Origin: Candidatus Dojkabacteria bacterium | GTDB taxonomy: Bacteria > Patescibacteriota > Dojkabacteria > SC72 | Assembly: GCA_050943415.1 (NCBI GenBank) | Contig: JBMNPD010000001.1 | Span: forward strand, 4,317 to 68,316 | Reading direction: 5' to 3' | Length of the DNA stretch: 64,000 bases | Shown here: positions 29,249-39,014 of the stretch, piece after piece | Layout of the letters: the number at the start of each line of letters is the position of its first letter | How positions within the stretch are numbered: the first letter of the stretch is position 1 | The notes under the pieces: model-generated | What the model was told of the DNA's origin: nothing | Database searches by the model: none | Seen by the model: the letters and a program-made list of their open reading frames with translations, nothing else | Translations under genes and position numbers: made by a program

Positions 29249-29536
29249 GTGCTTATGAAAAAAGCTACAATACTTATCTTACTAATTTGTTTTTACTTAA
29301 TCGGTAGTTTCGTTTTTCTATTTGTTGAATATTCCAAGTATTCTGATACAAATAATAAATATATTACTCTACAAAAAGAAGTAGATAAAATTCATGATAA
29401 ATTAAGAATTATTTCAGATGAGAAAGCAAAATTAAAATTAGAAGAAGAAACTGTTAATAATGAAAAGAAAATCCAAATTGAACAGTATCAAAAATGGGAA
29501 AGACAAAATCAGATCCTAAAAGATTTAATAAAATAG
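29249..29536 (+). CDS. Small membrane protein with one TM helix and a coiled-coil region.
   Basis: TM helix 'ILILLICFYLIGSFVFLFV' followed by K/E-rich heptads. Overlaps the next gene in another frame. Confidence 0.45.
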   Translation: MLMKKATILILLICFYLIGSFVFLFVEYSKYSDTNNKYITLQKEVDKIHDKLRIISDEKAKLKLEEETVNNEKKIQIEQYQKWERQNQILKDLIK

Positions 29537-30426
29537 CATATACTATTTTGTTAATTTTTCTAGTCCTTCTATTAGTTGGCATTGTCATAACAATAATAAA
29601 ATTAAGAATATTGAGAAAAGAAAAACAATCAGAAATTCATACTGTTAACAATGTATTATCCAAACAACAAAAAGCATATGATACAGAGTTAGAAGAGATA
29701 GAACATCTTTCTAATAGTATAGATAATATAAAAAATATTGAGAACTCAATTGAAAATATTAAGAAAGAATTTTTTGAGAATGCACAGAAGTATGAAAAAA
29801 TAGTATCTGAAGGTAAAGGTAGTAAGAAAATAGCATATATTACAATAGATGATGGTCCATATACCTATACATCGGCTTTTTTAGATATACTTGATAAGCA
29901 TGATATTTTAGCTACTTTCTTTTTATTAGGGAAACCTGATAATAAATATACTCCAGTATATAGAAGGATTGCTGATAGTGGTCACACTGTAGCTAATCAT
30001 ACCTACTCACATGCTATATATGAAGGTCTTTATGTAACTGTTGATTCTTTTGTTAATGATGTATTAAAACAAGAAAATTTTTTATTTAATAAGACTGGTG
30101 TAAAAACGAATATTTTAAGATTTCCAGGAGGTAGTACTTCTGCTCTACCGCCTTATAGAGCTAATATATTAAAACGGTTAAGAACACATAATTATGGGTA
30201 TGTAGATTGGAATGTGTCATCTGGTGATGCTGGTGAGAAACCAACAAGAGAAAAAGTCTATAACAATATAATTAATGGATCAAAAAACAGAAATATAATT
30301 GTTATATTAATGCATGATTATAGTTGGGCTTCACTATCAGCATTACCTTCAGTTATTGAAGAGCTTAAAGAGAGGGATTATATATTTCTACCATTGTTCT
30401 ATGAGAGTTGTATGATTATAAAATAG
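29494..30426 (+). CDS. Polysaccharide deacetylase (CE4 / NodB-homology), membrane-anchored with a coiled-coil linker.
   Basis: 'ITIDDGP' motif 1 and 'H..SH' (ANHTYSHA) motif 2 of CE4. N-terminal TM helix. Confidence 0.8.
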   Translation: MGKTKSDPKRFNKIAYTILLIFLVLLLVGIVITIIKLRILRKEKQSEIHTVNNVLSKQQKAYDTELEEIEHLSNSIDNIKNIENSIENIKKEFFENAQKYEKIVSEGKGSKKIAYITIDDGPYTYTSAFLDILDKHDILATFFLLGKPDNKYTPVYRRIADSGHTVANHTYSHAIYEGLYVTVDSFVNDVLKQENFLFNKTGVKTNILRFPGGSTSALPPYRANILKRLRTHNYGYVDWNVSSGDAGEKPTREKVYNNIINGSKNRNIIVILMHDYSWASLSALPSVIEELKERDYIFLPLFYESCMIIK

Positions 30427-30544
30427 TTCCAATTTAGAAAGGGTGTAAAAGAACATTTGTTAAACTAAAATTAGTGTATGTTGTATAAATTTAGCACTCC
30501 TAGATATTAAGGAATATATCTAATATAGTTTTGTGTCAAAAAGA

Positions 30545-30603
30545 AAAAAGTCTGAGGGAGGTTAGTGATGGTAATTAACCAGTCATAATAACCTCTCTCA
30601 AGC
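30545..30603 (-). terminator. Rho-independent terminator on the minus strand, ending the 32944->30623 operon.
   Basis: 12-bp stem (tgagggaggtta / taacctctctca, one G.U pair) followed on the minus strand by ttttttcttttt. Confidence 0.55.
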
Positions 30604-30622
30604 ATATCATACTTTTAATAAT

Positions 30623-31252
30623 CTATCTTAAACTTAGAGAAAGCAAGTGAAATTTTCTGTTGTCACATTGTTCTAAAATTTCCCATGCTTTTTTAACATG
30701 GTTAGAATCAAAATGAGGATTTCTTTTATCTAGTATCATTTTAATTTTTTCATAACCAGATAAACAAAATTCATATCTCTTAATATAGTCCAATGAACTA
30801 AGTAATTCCAACCATTTGAGTTTACTTGTCGGTAAATCATAGTTAAGAACTTGTAAGGTATCCCTCAACTCAATTACAAGATTTGTATTTTTTAAATCGG
30901 AATCTTTATTCAGAATTCCATTTTCAAACATAGTATCAATTTTGTTTAGTTTTCGTTCTAAACCATCTGAATGAGGTCCTTGCGTATTCCAAGTGAAGGT
31001 AAAATCAATATATTCACCTAGAAATACTCGAAGGAAGTAACACATTGTTTGTGACATAATATGTTTTTCAGATTTGTAAGGAAGATCTTGATAATTTTTC
31101 TTGTAAAATATGGCGAACAACTTTAAAAACTTTTGTTGTTCATAACTGAATTCTTTAATCATTTTCTCTCTCCTTTTTCTGGTATAAAATTGTACTCTCT
31201 GTACCAACCAATAGATTATTAAAGTGCGATGAAACATTATATCAATTAGCAC
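30623..31252 (-). CDS. Hypothetical protein. The true start is probably MIKEF at ~31162.
   Basis: ORF with no recognisable motifs. Last gene of a three-gene minus-strand operon. Confidence 0.45.
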   Translation of the reverse strand: MLIDIMFHRTLIIYWLVQRVQFYTRKRREKMIKEFSYEQQKFLKLFAIFYKKNYQDLPYKSEKHIMSQTMCYFLRVFLGEYIDFTFTWNTQGPHSDGLERKLNKIDTMFENGILNKDSDLKNTNLVIELRDTLQVLNYDLPTSKLKWLELLSSLDYIKRYEFCLSGYEKIKMILDKRNPHFDSNHVKKAWEILEQCDNRKFHLLSLSLR

Positions 31253-31277
31253 TAATTACGAAAAGATTATTATAGAT

Positions 31278-32483
31278 TTAATATCTTTTATTGATAGGTA
31301 AAACTTTATTAGTGTTTGCCGACCGAGCAAATCCCTCTATTGTTTCTTTAGTCATATTTAATAAGTTTGGAAGTTGCTCTCCTATTCTATCGACCCACCT
31401 ACCTTCTAAAAGATGTATATTTTTAACCTCACCTTCACTCTCTCCAATACTTATATACATGTTGTCTAAAATATCTCGGCCTTTCTTGGCTGAATTTATA
31501 ATGGTGTCCTGCATAGATTTACTAATCGAATATTTGCCAAAATCACCAATAAATATATTCGAGAAGTATTCTTTTAGATATGATGTTGTAATAGAGGTAG
31601 TAGGTAATAATGTATCATTTTGGGCTGTTTTACTTTTTAATACGACTTTAGGTTTAACTATTCTATCAAACCCTCCAGACAACTTAAGATAGTCTAGAGT
31701 ATTGTTATCAATATTTTTTGTTTCTAAATATTCTAAAACCTCATCTACTTTACTCTCGAATGAGAGTAGCTCTTCTAGATGATTATTACTTGTTCTTACT
31801 TCTGGATATTTAAAAATATTATTAATGTTTTGAAGAATATCACTAGGGATATAATTTTCTCCTACAATATCCTTTATTTCATCTTCTGGTAAAATTCTAT
31901 CTATATCTTTAGTTGTATACTCCTTCATAATCTCATAATCTAGATTGTAATCATATTTAAGAAGATACTTTATTTCATTGTACAAAACTATTCCTAACAT
32001 TGGTTCATCCTTAGAAAACTCTCTAAGCCATGTTCTAAGATTCCTTCCTATTCTATTCTGTTCTTTTGTGTTTTGTGTTCTCATTCTCTCCTTAATGGCA
32101 TTTGCCATTTCTCTAGCTATCTCTGTATGTATTAATTTTTCAGGTTCATACTGACCAGGAAGAGTGATGAATTCGTTAGTAGATAGAATAAAATCATATC
32201 TTAGTGATCTTATATCCTCTTCATGAATTCTCTCTTGTTTTTCTATTTTGTAGAATGAGGAGATAGGAAATTTCTCTTTAACAAGAAGTTGTAAAGCTAA
32301 AATACTGTCAAAAGAGTGTTTTTGGATTGAATGTCCATCATATGATATTCTCTCTGGGTTCTCTAAATATATCTGAAAATAATCTTGCATTTTTGATATT
32401 TCTCCTTTATTTTCAGATAGTCTAAAAGCGTATTCTAATTTGTTGGAACGATATATTGGTATTTCTAGTCCATTTTGTTGCAA
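31278..32483 (-). CDS. Hypothetical protein (401 aa), unknown function.
   Basis: Long ORF overlapping the upstream gene by 19 nt (translationally coupled). No assignable catalytic motif. Confidence 0.5.
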   Translation of the reverse strand: MQQNGLEIPIYRSNKLEYAFRLSENKGEISKMQDYFQIYLENPERISYDGHSIQKHSFDSILALQLLVKEKFPISSFYKIEKQERIHEEDIRSLRYDFILSTNEFITLPGQYEPEKLIHTEIAREMANAIKERMRTQNTKEQNRIGRNLRTWLREFSKDEPMLGIVLYNEIKYLLKYDYNLDYEIMKEYTTKDIDRILPEDEIKDIVGENYIPSDILQNINNIFKYPEVRTSNNHLEELLSFESKVDEVLEYLETKNIDNNTLDYLKLSGGFDRIVKPKVVLKSKTAQNDTLLPTTSITTSYLKEYFSNIFIGDFGKYSISKSMQDTIINSAKKGRDILDNMYISIGESEGEVKNIHLLEGRWVDRIGEQLPNLLNMTKETIEGFARSANTNKVLPINKRY

Positions 32484-32944
32484 GATAGGGGTACCATCTT
32501 CATATTGATATATTTTTTTCTTCCTTCTTTATACTGTAGATATTTGGCTTCCTCTTCAGTACTATTTATATGTGAGAGTTCTGGCTTAAGTATTCCATAT
32601 GACAAATCGCCTCTCCTTACAAATATCATTTTTCCACTAAATTTTATTCCTTTTGTATATCTGAGATATTCTTCTGTTACTACAATAGCATCATCAGTCT
32701 CATATATATGTGAATTTGTAAAAGCATTGCCAACTTCATCACTACTTATACCCTTAATTCTGTTAATATCTATATCCTCAGTTTGGTATGTTTGGGCTCC
32801 TATTACTAAGGGTAAAGGTAAATTATCAGTTATAGTTTTATTGTATGGATCTAATTCAGGAGAATTAGAATCAGGTGTTACTACCAATATGGGAGTAGTG
32901 TCAAGTTGTTCTGTTTTTACTGGTGAATCAAATTGGGTACCCAT
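32465..32944 (-). CDS. Hypothetical protein (159 aa), first gene of the operon.
   Basis: ORF overlapping the downstream gene. Confidence 0.45.
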   Translation of the reverse strand: MGTQFDSPVKTEQLDTTPILVVTPDSNSPELDPYNKTITDNLPLPLVIGAQTYQTEDIDINRIKGISSDEVGNAFTNSHIYETDDAIVVTEEYLRYTKGIKFSGKMIFVRRGDLSYGILKPELSHINSTEEEAKYLQYKEGRKKYINMKMVPLSCNKMD

Positions 32945-33003
32945 AACTTATATTAACAGAATTAAGTGGATAATTGTAGTAGGAAGATGTATAATACTAT
33001 GGG

Positions 33004-33375
33004 GTGAGATCTTTAAAAGTGAGGTTTAGTATGAAAAATCTTGGAATTTGGATAAAGGGAAATCAATATTTTGCTGTTCAGGATCAAAACGAAACAGCAT
33101 TTATTAATTTAACTCCAAACCCAATTATTTTGTTAGGAATGGATATTCCTGGCAAGTTATTTGGAGATATAATAATCCCAACATCTGGGCATATAGCATA
33201 TATCTTAGATAAAGTAATTGTCGGACTTCCCATAAAAAGGGAGGAAACCTTTTTAATTGTAGATTATTCAGTATTTCTTCTCTCACAAAGAGAAGATTTA
33301 TGCATCTCAATACGAGGTGGTTTTGATGAAGACAAGATTGTTATGGTGCCAATTCGACCACCTATTTATTTATAG
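33004..33375 (+). CDS. Hypothetical protein (123 aa).
   Basis: ORF divergent from the 32944 operon. Confidence 0.4.
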   Translation: MRSLKVRFSMKNLGIWIKGNQYFAVQDQNETAFINLTPNPIILLGMDIPGKLFGDIIIPTSGHIAYILDKVIVGLPIKREETFLIVDYSVFLLSQREDLCISIRGGFDEDKIVMVPIRPPIYL

Positions 33376-33479
33376 TCATAACTCAACCACATTGGTAGGT
33401 ATCTTAATTTTTAACAAGAAGATACCTACCTTTCTTTCTCTGGTGGTAGAGGCTAAAAATATATGGTAAGCTTATTTTT

Positions 33480-34193
33480 ATGAGTATATTTGACTTTATA
33501 TTTGGTAATCGTATTAGTACTACCTCTTTTAATCAATTACGAAGTAAAATTGTAAAACTTAGAAAGTCTAATATATATCCATTTGTTGAAAATCTTCCTC
33601 AAGCGATATCATTTCCATATGATTTCTGGAAGGACATTATCAAAATATTTAAAAGTACAGACAGTGATGGTAGAGAGAGGGCATTCTCAATATTTTGGGC
33701 TGATGGAGAGGTACTTTTTACTAAAGTAAAAACAGGTTCAGACAGAATGGTTAAGAGTGGAGGTTCTGTTCAGATTAAATATTCTCAGCATCCTACTAAG
33801 AGAGACTATGCTAGAAAGGAGTTATATATAGATGGAAAGTTAGAGAAAAAGAGAGATGTATATTTTAAAAATGTACCTAAGAGTTTGGAAGTACAATATC
33901 TCTTTAATATACATACACATCCTAAATATATTAGAGAAGATGGTACAAATAACTATCATTTTTTCTCTGCACAGGATATTAAATCATTGATATCTTCTAA
34001 GGCCATTATGACAGGATTAATTACCGATGTCGTTTGGATATTAATTAGAACAAGTAAAACTCCTGACAATGTAGATACTTTAGTAGATTCTCAAGTAACA
34101 CCTGAGTATCTTGAAGAGGTTCTTCATATTGGTTTATACAAGGCTAAGTTTAACGAAAAAGCGTTTAGGTATAGATATGTAAAGGATATATAA
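33480..34193 (+). CDS. Hypothetical protein with a JAB/MPN (JAMM)-like metalloprotease motif.
   Basis: 'NIHTHP' (H145, H147) followed by 'SAQD' (S163, D166) and an upstream Glu (GRERAF). The HxH-to-SxxD spacing is longer than canonical. Confidence 0.45.
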   Translation: MSIFDFIFGNRISTTSFNQLRSKIVKLRKSNIYPFVENLPQAISFPYDFWKDIIKIFKSTDSDGRERAFSIFWADGEVLFTKVKTGSDRMVKSGGSVQIKYSQHPTKRDYARKELYIDGKLEKKRDVYFKNVPKSLEVQYLFNIHTHPKYIREDGTNNYHFFSAQDIKSLISSKAIMTGLITDVVWILIRTSKTPDNVDTLVDSQVTPEYLEEVLHIGLYKAKFNEKAFRYRYVKDI

Positions 34194-34427
34194 CTGTTAA
34201 TTTTTCTTTTTACTAGACAAATCTAGTAAAAATAGAAAGCTACTCTATTATTACATAAAACTATTTAAAATTTAGGATAATCTAGATGGAGTTGGTTAGT
34301 AGATATAATTATGAACTTGGAATTATCTGTTAATATTAAATGAATCCTATTAAAAAGAAAAAGCACCTACGGTTCGACTATCACTCAAGCGAGTAGATAT
34401 TGTCTTACCATCAACGGTGCTTTCTTC

Positions 34428-34733
34428 CTAGTTCTGTTGTTTAATTGCTTTATTAAAAAAAGCTATAGCTTTGTTTCCTTCGTCTCCGAGTTTAAGGTTT
34501 TCAAAAAATTTTGGAATAGACTCGTATATAAGGTCTTTCGTCATAAGTGGATGTTGATCGGAAAAAACATCTTGAAATGCAAGTAAGGTCTCTAATACCA
34601 ATCCTTCTGGTAAGAGTTCTTGATCAGCAATCTTTGCTATCCTTGGGAAAAACTTCTCAAGCATATAATTCGATATGTTTTTCCAAGTTTGCATAATAGC
34701 CGTCTTAATTTGATCTTCTGTTAATTTTATCAT
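34428..34733 (-). CDS. Hypothetical small protein (101 aa).
   Basis: ORF with a downstream hairpin (aaagcacc...ggtgcttt) plus a T-tract on the minus strand at ~34362-34425. Confidence 0.45.
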   Translation of the reverse strand: MIKLTEDQIKTAIMQTWKNISNYMLEKFFPRIAKIADQELLPEGLVLETLLAFQDVFSDQHPLMTKDLIYESIPKFFENLKLGDEGNKAIAFFNKAIKQQN

Positions 34734-34810
34734 CTCTTCTCTCCTTTTTGAAAAGAACTAGGGTTGTTTTATAAACATCTCATTATACCAAAAAACAGGG
34801 GAATTTACTA

Positions 34811-34887
34811 TGGGGTGGATAATGGGAGTCGAACCCACAACCCCTGGTGCCACAAACCAGTGCTCTAACCATTGAGCTATATCCACC
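34811..34887 (-). tRNA. tRNA-His (anticodon GTG) with encoded G-1, C73 discriminator and 3' CCA.
   Basis: Manual cloverleaf fold. Acceptor gtggata/tatccac with G-1:C73, D-arm gctc/gagc, anticodon stem ctggt/accag with loop ttGTGgc, T-loop ttcgact. Confidence 0.85.
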
Positions 34888-34973
34888 ATGTAATCTAATT
34901 ATACAGTATTCTCTCTATATGTTCTATTCTCTGTGATATAATTCTCAAAATTGTTCTTTAAAAGGAGGAAATA

Positions 34974-35354
34974 GTGGAAACAAAATACATTGAAGGTTTA
35001 GGGTATTGCCATGTCGTTATAGAGGATAATTTCTTCTATGTCAAAATATCAGTTGTAAATTTGACTACTAGCGTTCTGTATATGGATTTTCCTGATAAAG
35101 ATCTATGTGGTTTCTATGAACATAGTGGATGGGTAGCCTTCGTTAGAGGTGGTCAATGTTACTGCAAGCATCTGGTAACAGGAGAAATAGTTCCATTTCC
35201 TCAGTCACAAAAAGCAGTTCTGTTTTTTGTAGACAAAGAGGTATATGATTACCTTACGAAAACAGACTGGGGAAAAGAATCTGGTTTTTACAACACTTTA
35301 AGATCGATGGACCAAGGCATCGATGCTGTAGTAGTGACTCGCTACAGACAATAA
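34974..35354 (+). CDS. Hypothetical protein (126 aa).
   Basis: ORF preceded by 'aaaggagga'. Confidence 0.45.
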   Translation: METKYIEGLGYCHVVIEDNFFYVKISVVNLTTSVLYMDFPDKDLCGFYEHSGWVAFVRGGQCYCKHLVTGEIVPFPQSQKAVLFFVDKEVYDYLTKTDWGKESGFYNTLRSMDQGIDAVVVTRYRQ

Positions 35355-35498
35355 AATAAGAACAATTGGAAGAGAGCGAATTTTGAGAAGTATACAGTTT
35401 AAAGGTATACAAAACAATTTTCGTTCTCTAAAATTTTTGTTCTCCTATTATGGCTCTCAAAAGTAGTATCAGTAAAATAAAATATGGTATAATTTAAA

Positions 35499-35735
35499 AT
35501 GGAATCAATAGAAACATATACAGAAGAAGAGAATTCAGAAAACAACTTTGCTAGATTTTTTGATAAAAATGGGAACCCTGTTCCAAAAAGCCATGTATAC
35601 TGTAAAATAGATGGAACACCATATCAACTTGTTGATGATGAAGATGGTCAACTCAAAATGACAAAAGAGAGACTAATCGAAGTTAAAAGATTTCGTTCTA
35701 ATGAGGAAAATCCTATTTCTTCTTCCTCTGATTAA
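35499..35735 (+). CDS. Hypothetical acidic small protein (78 aa).
   Basis: ORF only. Confidence 0.35.
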   Translation: MESIETYTEEENSENNFARFFDKNGNPVPKSHVYCKIDGTPYQLVDDEDGQLKMTKERLIEVKRFRSNEENPISSSSD

Positions 35736-36393
35736 ACATATTTACATAGTAAAGTAGATTCAATATAGAAGACAACAAACCTGCTAAATATGTAAACGCA
35801 GCAGCAGTTAGTACACTCTTAGCACCATCTCTCTTCTCTTTTGTTATCAAATTATATTTCTTAATAAACTCCATACCTCTCCTACTAGCATCTAATTCTA
35901 CAGGTAAAGTAACTAAACAAAATATTACACTAGTAGAAAATAATACTAACCCTATCTCAGAAAGCCTAAATATTGATAAAGCTAAACCAAGAAAGAATAA
36001 TATATACCCTATCTGTGTACTAATATTAGTTACAGGAACCATAAACTGTCTAATTCTGTATACAAAAGTAGAAGAAAACTTCTGTTGTACATGACCAAAC
36101 TCATGAGCAACAATAGCAATATCTGCAACACTCCTAGATTCTCTGTTTCTTTGGGATACTCTAACAACATCATTAACAGGATCAAAATGATCACCCAATG
36201 GATTTTGATCTATAGTAATATCAACAGGAAAATTCTCTCCATCACATATAATATTAGCAGCCTCTTCACCTGTAATATTCTTTCCCGAATCTTCTGAAGA
36301 GTATCTGTAAAACATATATTTAACATAAAGCTGCGAGACAATTGTTAACAAAAGACCCGGAATTGCAAAATACCAATACATTGAATCTATCAT
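35713..36393 (-). CDS. Membrane zinc metallopeptidase (HExxH).
   Basis: 'IVAHEFGHV' zinc-binding motif flanked by TM helices. Confidence 0.7.
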   Translation of the reverse strand: MIDSMYWYFAIPGLLLTIVSQLYVKYMFYRYSSEDSGKNITGEEAANIICDGENFPVDITIDQNPLGDHFDPVNDVVRVSQRNRESRSVADIAIVAHEFGHVQQKFSSTFVYRIRQFMVPVTNISTQIGYILFFLGLALSIFRLSEIGLVLFSTSVIFCLVTLPVELDASRRGMEFIKKYNLITKEKRDGAKSVLTAAAFTYLAGLLSSILNLLYYVNMFNQRKKK

Positions 36394-36452
36394 ATTCTTC
36401 AGTTAAAAACTTAAATCATTTGAATAGTATATCAAATGTAGTATATTAAAAT

Positions 36453-36905
36453 ATGGAACTCAAGAAAACAGATAAATATATGTTAGAAGCTATTAATGAA
36501 GCTTACAAAGGTATTAAGCAAGGTCACGGAGGTCCTTTTGGAGCAGTTCTTGTTCAGAAGGGTAAAATAGTTGCCAAAGCACATAATACTGTACTACGAG
36601 ATAATGATGCTACATGTCATGCAGAAATGCATGTTATTAGGAACGGTTCTAAAAAGCTAAAGAGGTTTGATCTCTCTGACTGTGAACTGTATACAACAGG
36701 TAAGCCTTGTCCTATGTGTAAGAGTGCTATACAGTGGGCTAAGATAAAGAATGTATACTACGGTTGTGATTACAACGATGCTAAAGCAATAGGATTTGTA
36801 GAGAAAGCAGGGAATAGTAAATCATACAAAGAGAAAAAGATTTGTTCTAAAGAGTGTAAAGAGTTGTATTCTGAGTATAAGAAATTGAAGTTACCTAGAT
36901 ACTAG
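36453..36905 (+). CDS. CMP/dCMP-type (CDA fold) nucleoside or tRNA deaminase.
   Basis: 'CHAEMHVI' and 'PCPMC' zinc-binding motifs. Confidence 0.8.
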   Translation: MELKKTDKYMLEAINEAYKGIKQGHGGPFGAVLVQKGKIVAKAHNTVLRDNDATCHAEMHVIRNGSKKLKRFDLSDCELYTTGKPCPMCKSAIQWAKIKNVYYGCDYNDAKAIGFVEKAGNSKSYKEKKICSKECKELYSEYKKLKLPRY

Positions 36906-39014
36906 CTACTTCTTCACATACAGCTTTATATCAACAACTACTGCCCTATCCTCGGTTAACATGACAGGATTAATGTCCATAGAGATTATTTCAGGATAGC
37001 TCACTAACATTTTCTGTACTTTTTCAAGAAGATCTATCAATTTTTCTCTTGCTAATCTAGGCTTACCTCTATATCCATCAATAATCATTGATACTTTTGT
37101 TTCTGAAAGAATTCTATCTATATTTTCTCTACTCTCAGGAACTAAAATATGCTTAATATCTTTATATACCTCTGTAAATATTCCTCCTTTACCTACAGCC
37201 ATGAGGTGACCAAAACCAAGCCCTTCTTCTTCATATATATCTGATGAACCTTCCCTATTAGCACCTAAAAATATCTCTAACTTACCTTCAATCATTTCTT
37301 GAATTAAGATATTTGGAGCCGATTTACCAGTTGTTTTTGCAACTGTTTCTTTCAATTCTTCAAATTTTTCTTCAAATTCAGTTATGGTTCTAATATCTAA
37401 AAACAATCCTTTGTAGTCAGTTTTATGTGCCAAATCTTCAGCTGTTGCCTTAATTGCTACTGGGAATATTAATGAAGCAAAATCTCTTCCTTGCTCTAAG
37501 CTACTAGTTACAAGTTGCTTAGGATAGTCTATCTTAAATTCGTCCATGATATTAATTGCCAAATCATCAGGTAGTATCGCAATCTCATCATCTACACAGT
37601 ACTCTTGTACTTCTTTTCTGTATTTACCTTTCTTAAATAGTTTCTCTGATGATATTGAAATAACTCTTTCTTTTGATGAATCAAATACCATTAGCTTAGA
37701 TAGTAGATGCATACATTCCTGAATATCGTTAAAATTAGGAACCTTTGCATTTTCTAATATTCTAACTCCAGACTTAATATTTTTGCCTCCCAAGAAACAT
37801 GTAAATACAGGTTTAGAGGTTTGTTTACATATATTTGTGATGACTTCTGCAGTTCCTTCAATATCTGTTACTAATTGAGGTGTTAAGATTACTACAACAG
37901 CATCTACATTAATATCTTCTAGTACAGTATTTATGGCGTAAGCATATCTATCACTTTTAGCATCACCTAAAACATCTATTGGATTTGATAAATTGGATTC
38001 TTCTGGTAGTTCTTTCATTAATTTCTGTTTTGTCTTCTCTCCAAAATCAATGATATTGATATTCTCTTTCTCTGCTTGGTCAACTGCTATGATACCTGGT
38101 CCACCTGCATTTGATACAATTGCTACATTGTTTCCTTTAGGTAATGTGTCTGATTCTACTAATTCCATTAGTTTGAATAATTCTTCTGAGTTTTCAGCAT
38201 GAATGAGGTTTCCTTTTTTAATCGCAGCTATTGTAGTATCGTAAGAAGAAGCAAGAGAGCCTGTATGAGAGGTTATTGCCTCTCTAGATTTTTCTGAACT
38301 ACCAGGAGCTATTATGAGGATTGGTTTCTTTGATTTCTGAACAATTGTGAGGAACTCTTTCCCATCAGTAAATTCTTCTAAATATACAGCAATGGCTTTT
38401 ACAGTAGGATCATTTATGAGCGATGGAAGTAGTTCATTTTCATTTATATCTGCTTTGTTACCTAAAGAAATTATATGTGAGAAGCCTAATTCTTTTTCAC
38501 AAGCCATATCAAGTATTGCTGCACAGAATGCTCCAGATTGAGAAATAAAAGCTATGTTGCCATCTCCTGGGTTTTCTCTTGCAAATGATATATTAGTCTT
38601 ACTTCTGTTGTTAATATATCCTAAACAGTTAGGCCCTATCAATCTTATTCCTGCATCTTTTAATTTTTGAGTTATACGTTTTTCTAGTTCTTTTCCCTCT
38701 CCTCCTGTTTCCTTAAATCCAGCTGAAATTATGACAACTGATTGTACTTTTTTCTCTATACATTGATCTATTACTGTTTCAACAAATTGTCTTGGAATTG
38801 CAATACATACTAAGTCAATATCTTCTTCTACTGCTAATATATCAGGATATGCTTTTCTTCCTTGTAGCTCCTCGTATTTAGGATTAATTGGGTATATCTT
38901 ACCATTGTAACCATCAGTTATGAGGTTTTTGAGTAGTACAGCACCGATTTTTTCCAAATCAGCAGATGCACCTACTATGGCGATAGATTTAGGCGAAAGT
39001 ATTGGGAGTGTCAT
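36906..39014 (-). CDS. acd: Acetyl-CoA synthetase (ADP-forming), fused alpha/beta (NDP-forming acyl-CoA synthetase).
   Basis: N-terminal CoA-binding 'SIAIVGAS', succinyl-CoA-synthetase-like flavodoxin domain and C-terminal ATP-grasp. 702 aa. Confidence 0.85.
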   Translation of the reverse strand: MTLPILSPKSIAIVGASADLEKIGAVLLKNLITDGYNGKIYPINPKYEELQGRKAYPDILAVEEDIDLVCIAIPRQFVETVIDQCIEKKVQSVVIISAGFKETGGEGKELEKRITQKLKDAGIRLIGPNCLGYINNRSKTNISFARENPGDGNIAFISQSGAFCAAILDMACEKELGFSHIISLGNKADINENELLPSLINDPTVKAIAVYLEEFTDGKEFLTIVQKSKKPILIIAPGSSEKSREAITSHTGSLASSYDTTIAAIKKGNLIHAENSEELFKLMELVESDTLPKGNNVAIVSNAGGPGIIAVDQAEKENINIIDFGEKTKQKLMKELPEESNLSNPIDVLGDAKSDRYAYAINTVLEDINVDAVVVILTPQLVTDIEGTAEVITNICKQTSKPVFTCFLGGKNIKSGVRILENAKVPNFNDIQECMHLLSKLMVFDSSKERVISISSEKLFKKGKYRKEVQEYCVDDEIAILPDDLAINIMDEFKIDYPKQLVTSSLEQGRDFASLIFPVAIKATAEDLAHKTDYKGLFLDIRTITEFEEKFEELKETVAKTTGKSAPNILIQEMIEGKLEIFLGANREGSSDIYEEEGLGFGHLMAVGKGGIFTEVYKDIKHILVPESRENIDRILSETKVSMIIDGYRGKPRLAREKLIDLLEKVQKMLVSYPEIISMDINPVMLTEDRAVVVDIKLYVKK

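Noticed and set aside
29249-30426. Possibility that 29249-29536 and 29494-30426 are one frameshifted gene.
   Set aside because: Each ORF has its own N-terminal TM helix and start codon, so two separate membrane proteins are more parsimonious. A frameshift cannot be excluded without reads.
30430-34887. Looked for integrase, an att-site duplicate of the tRNA-His 3' end, or transposase genes marking a mobile island.
   Set aside because: No recombinase-like ORF and no direct repeat of 'ggataatgggagtcgaaccc' were found on the far side of the cluster. The accessory-island idea rests on gene content and position only.
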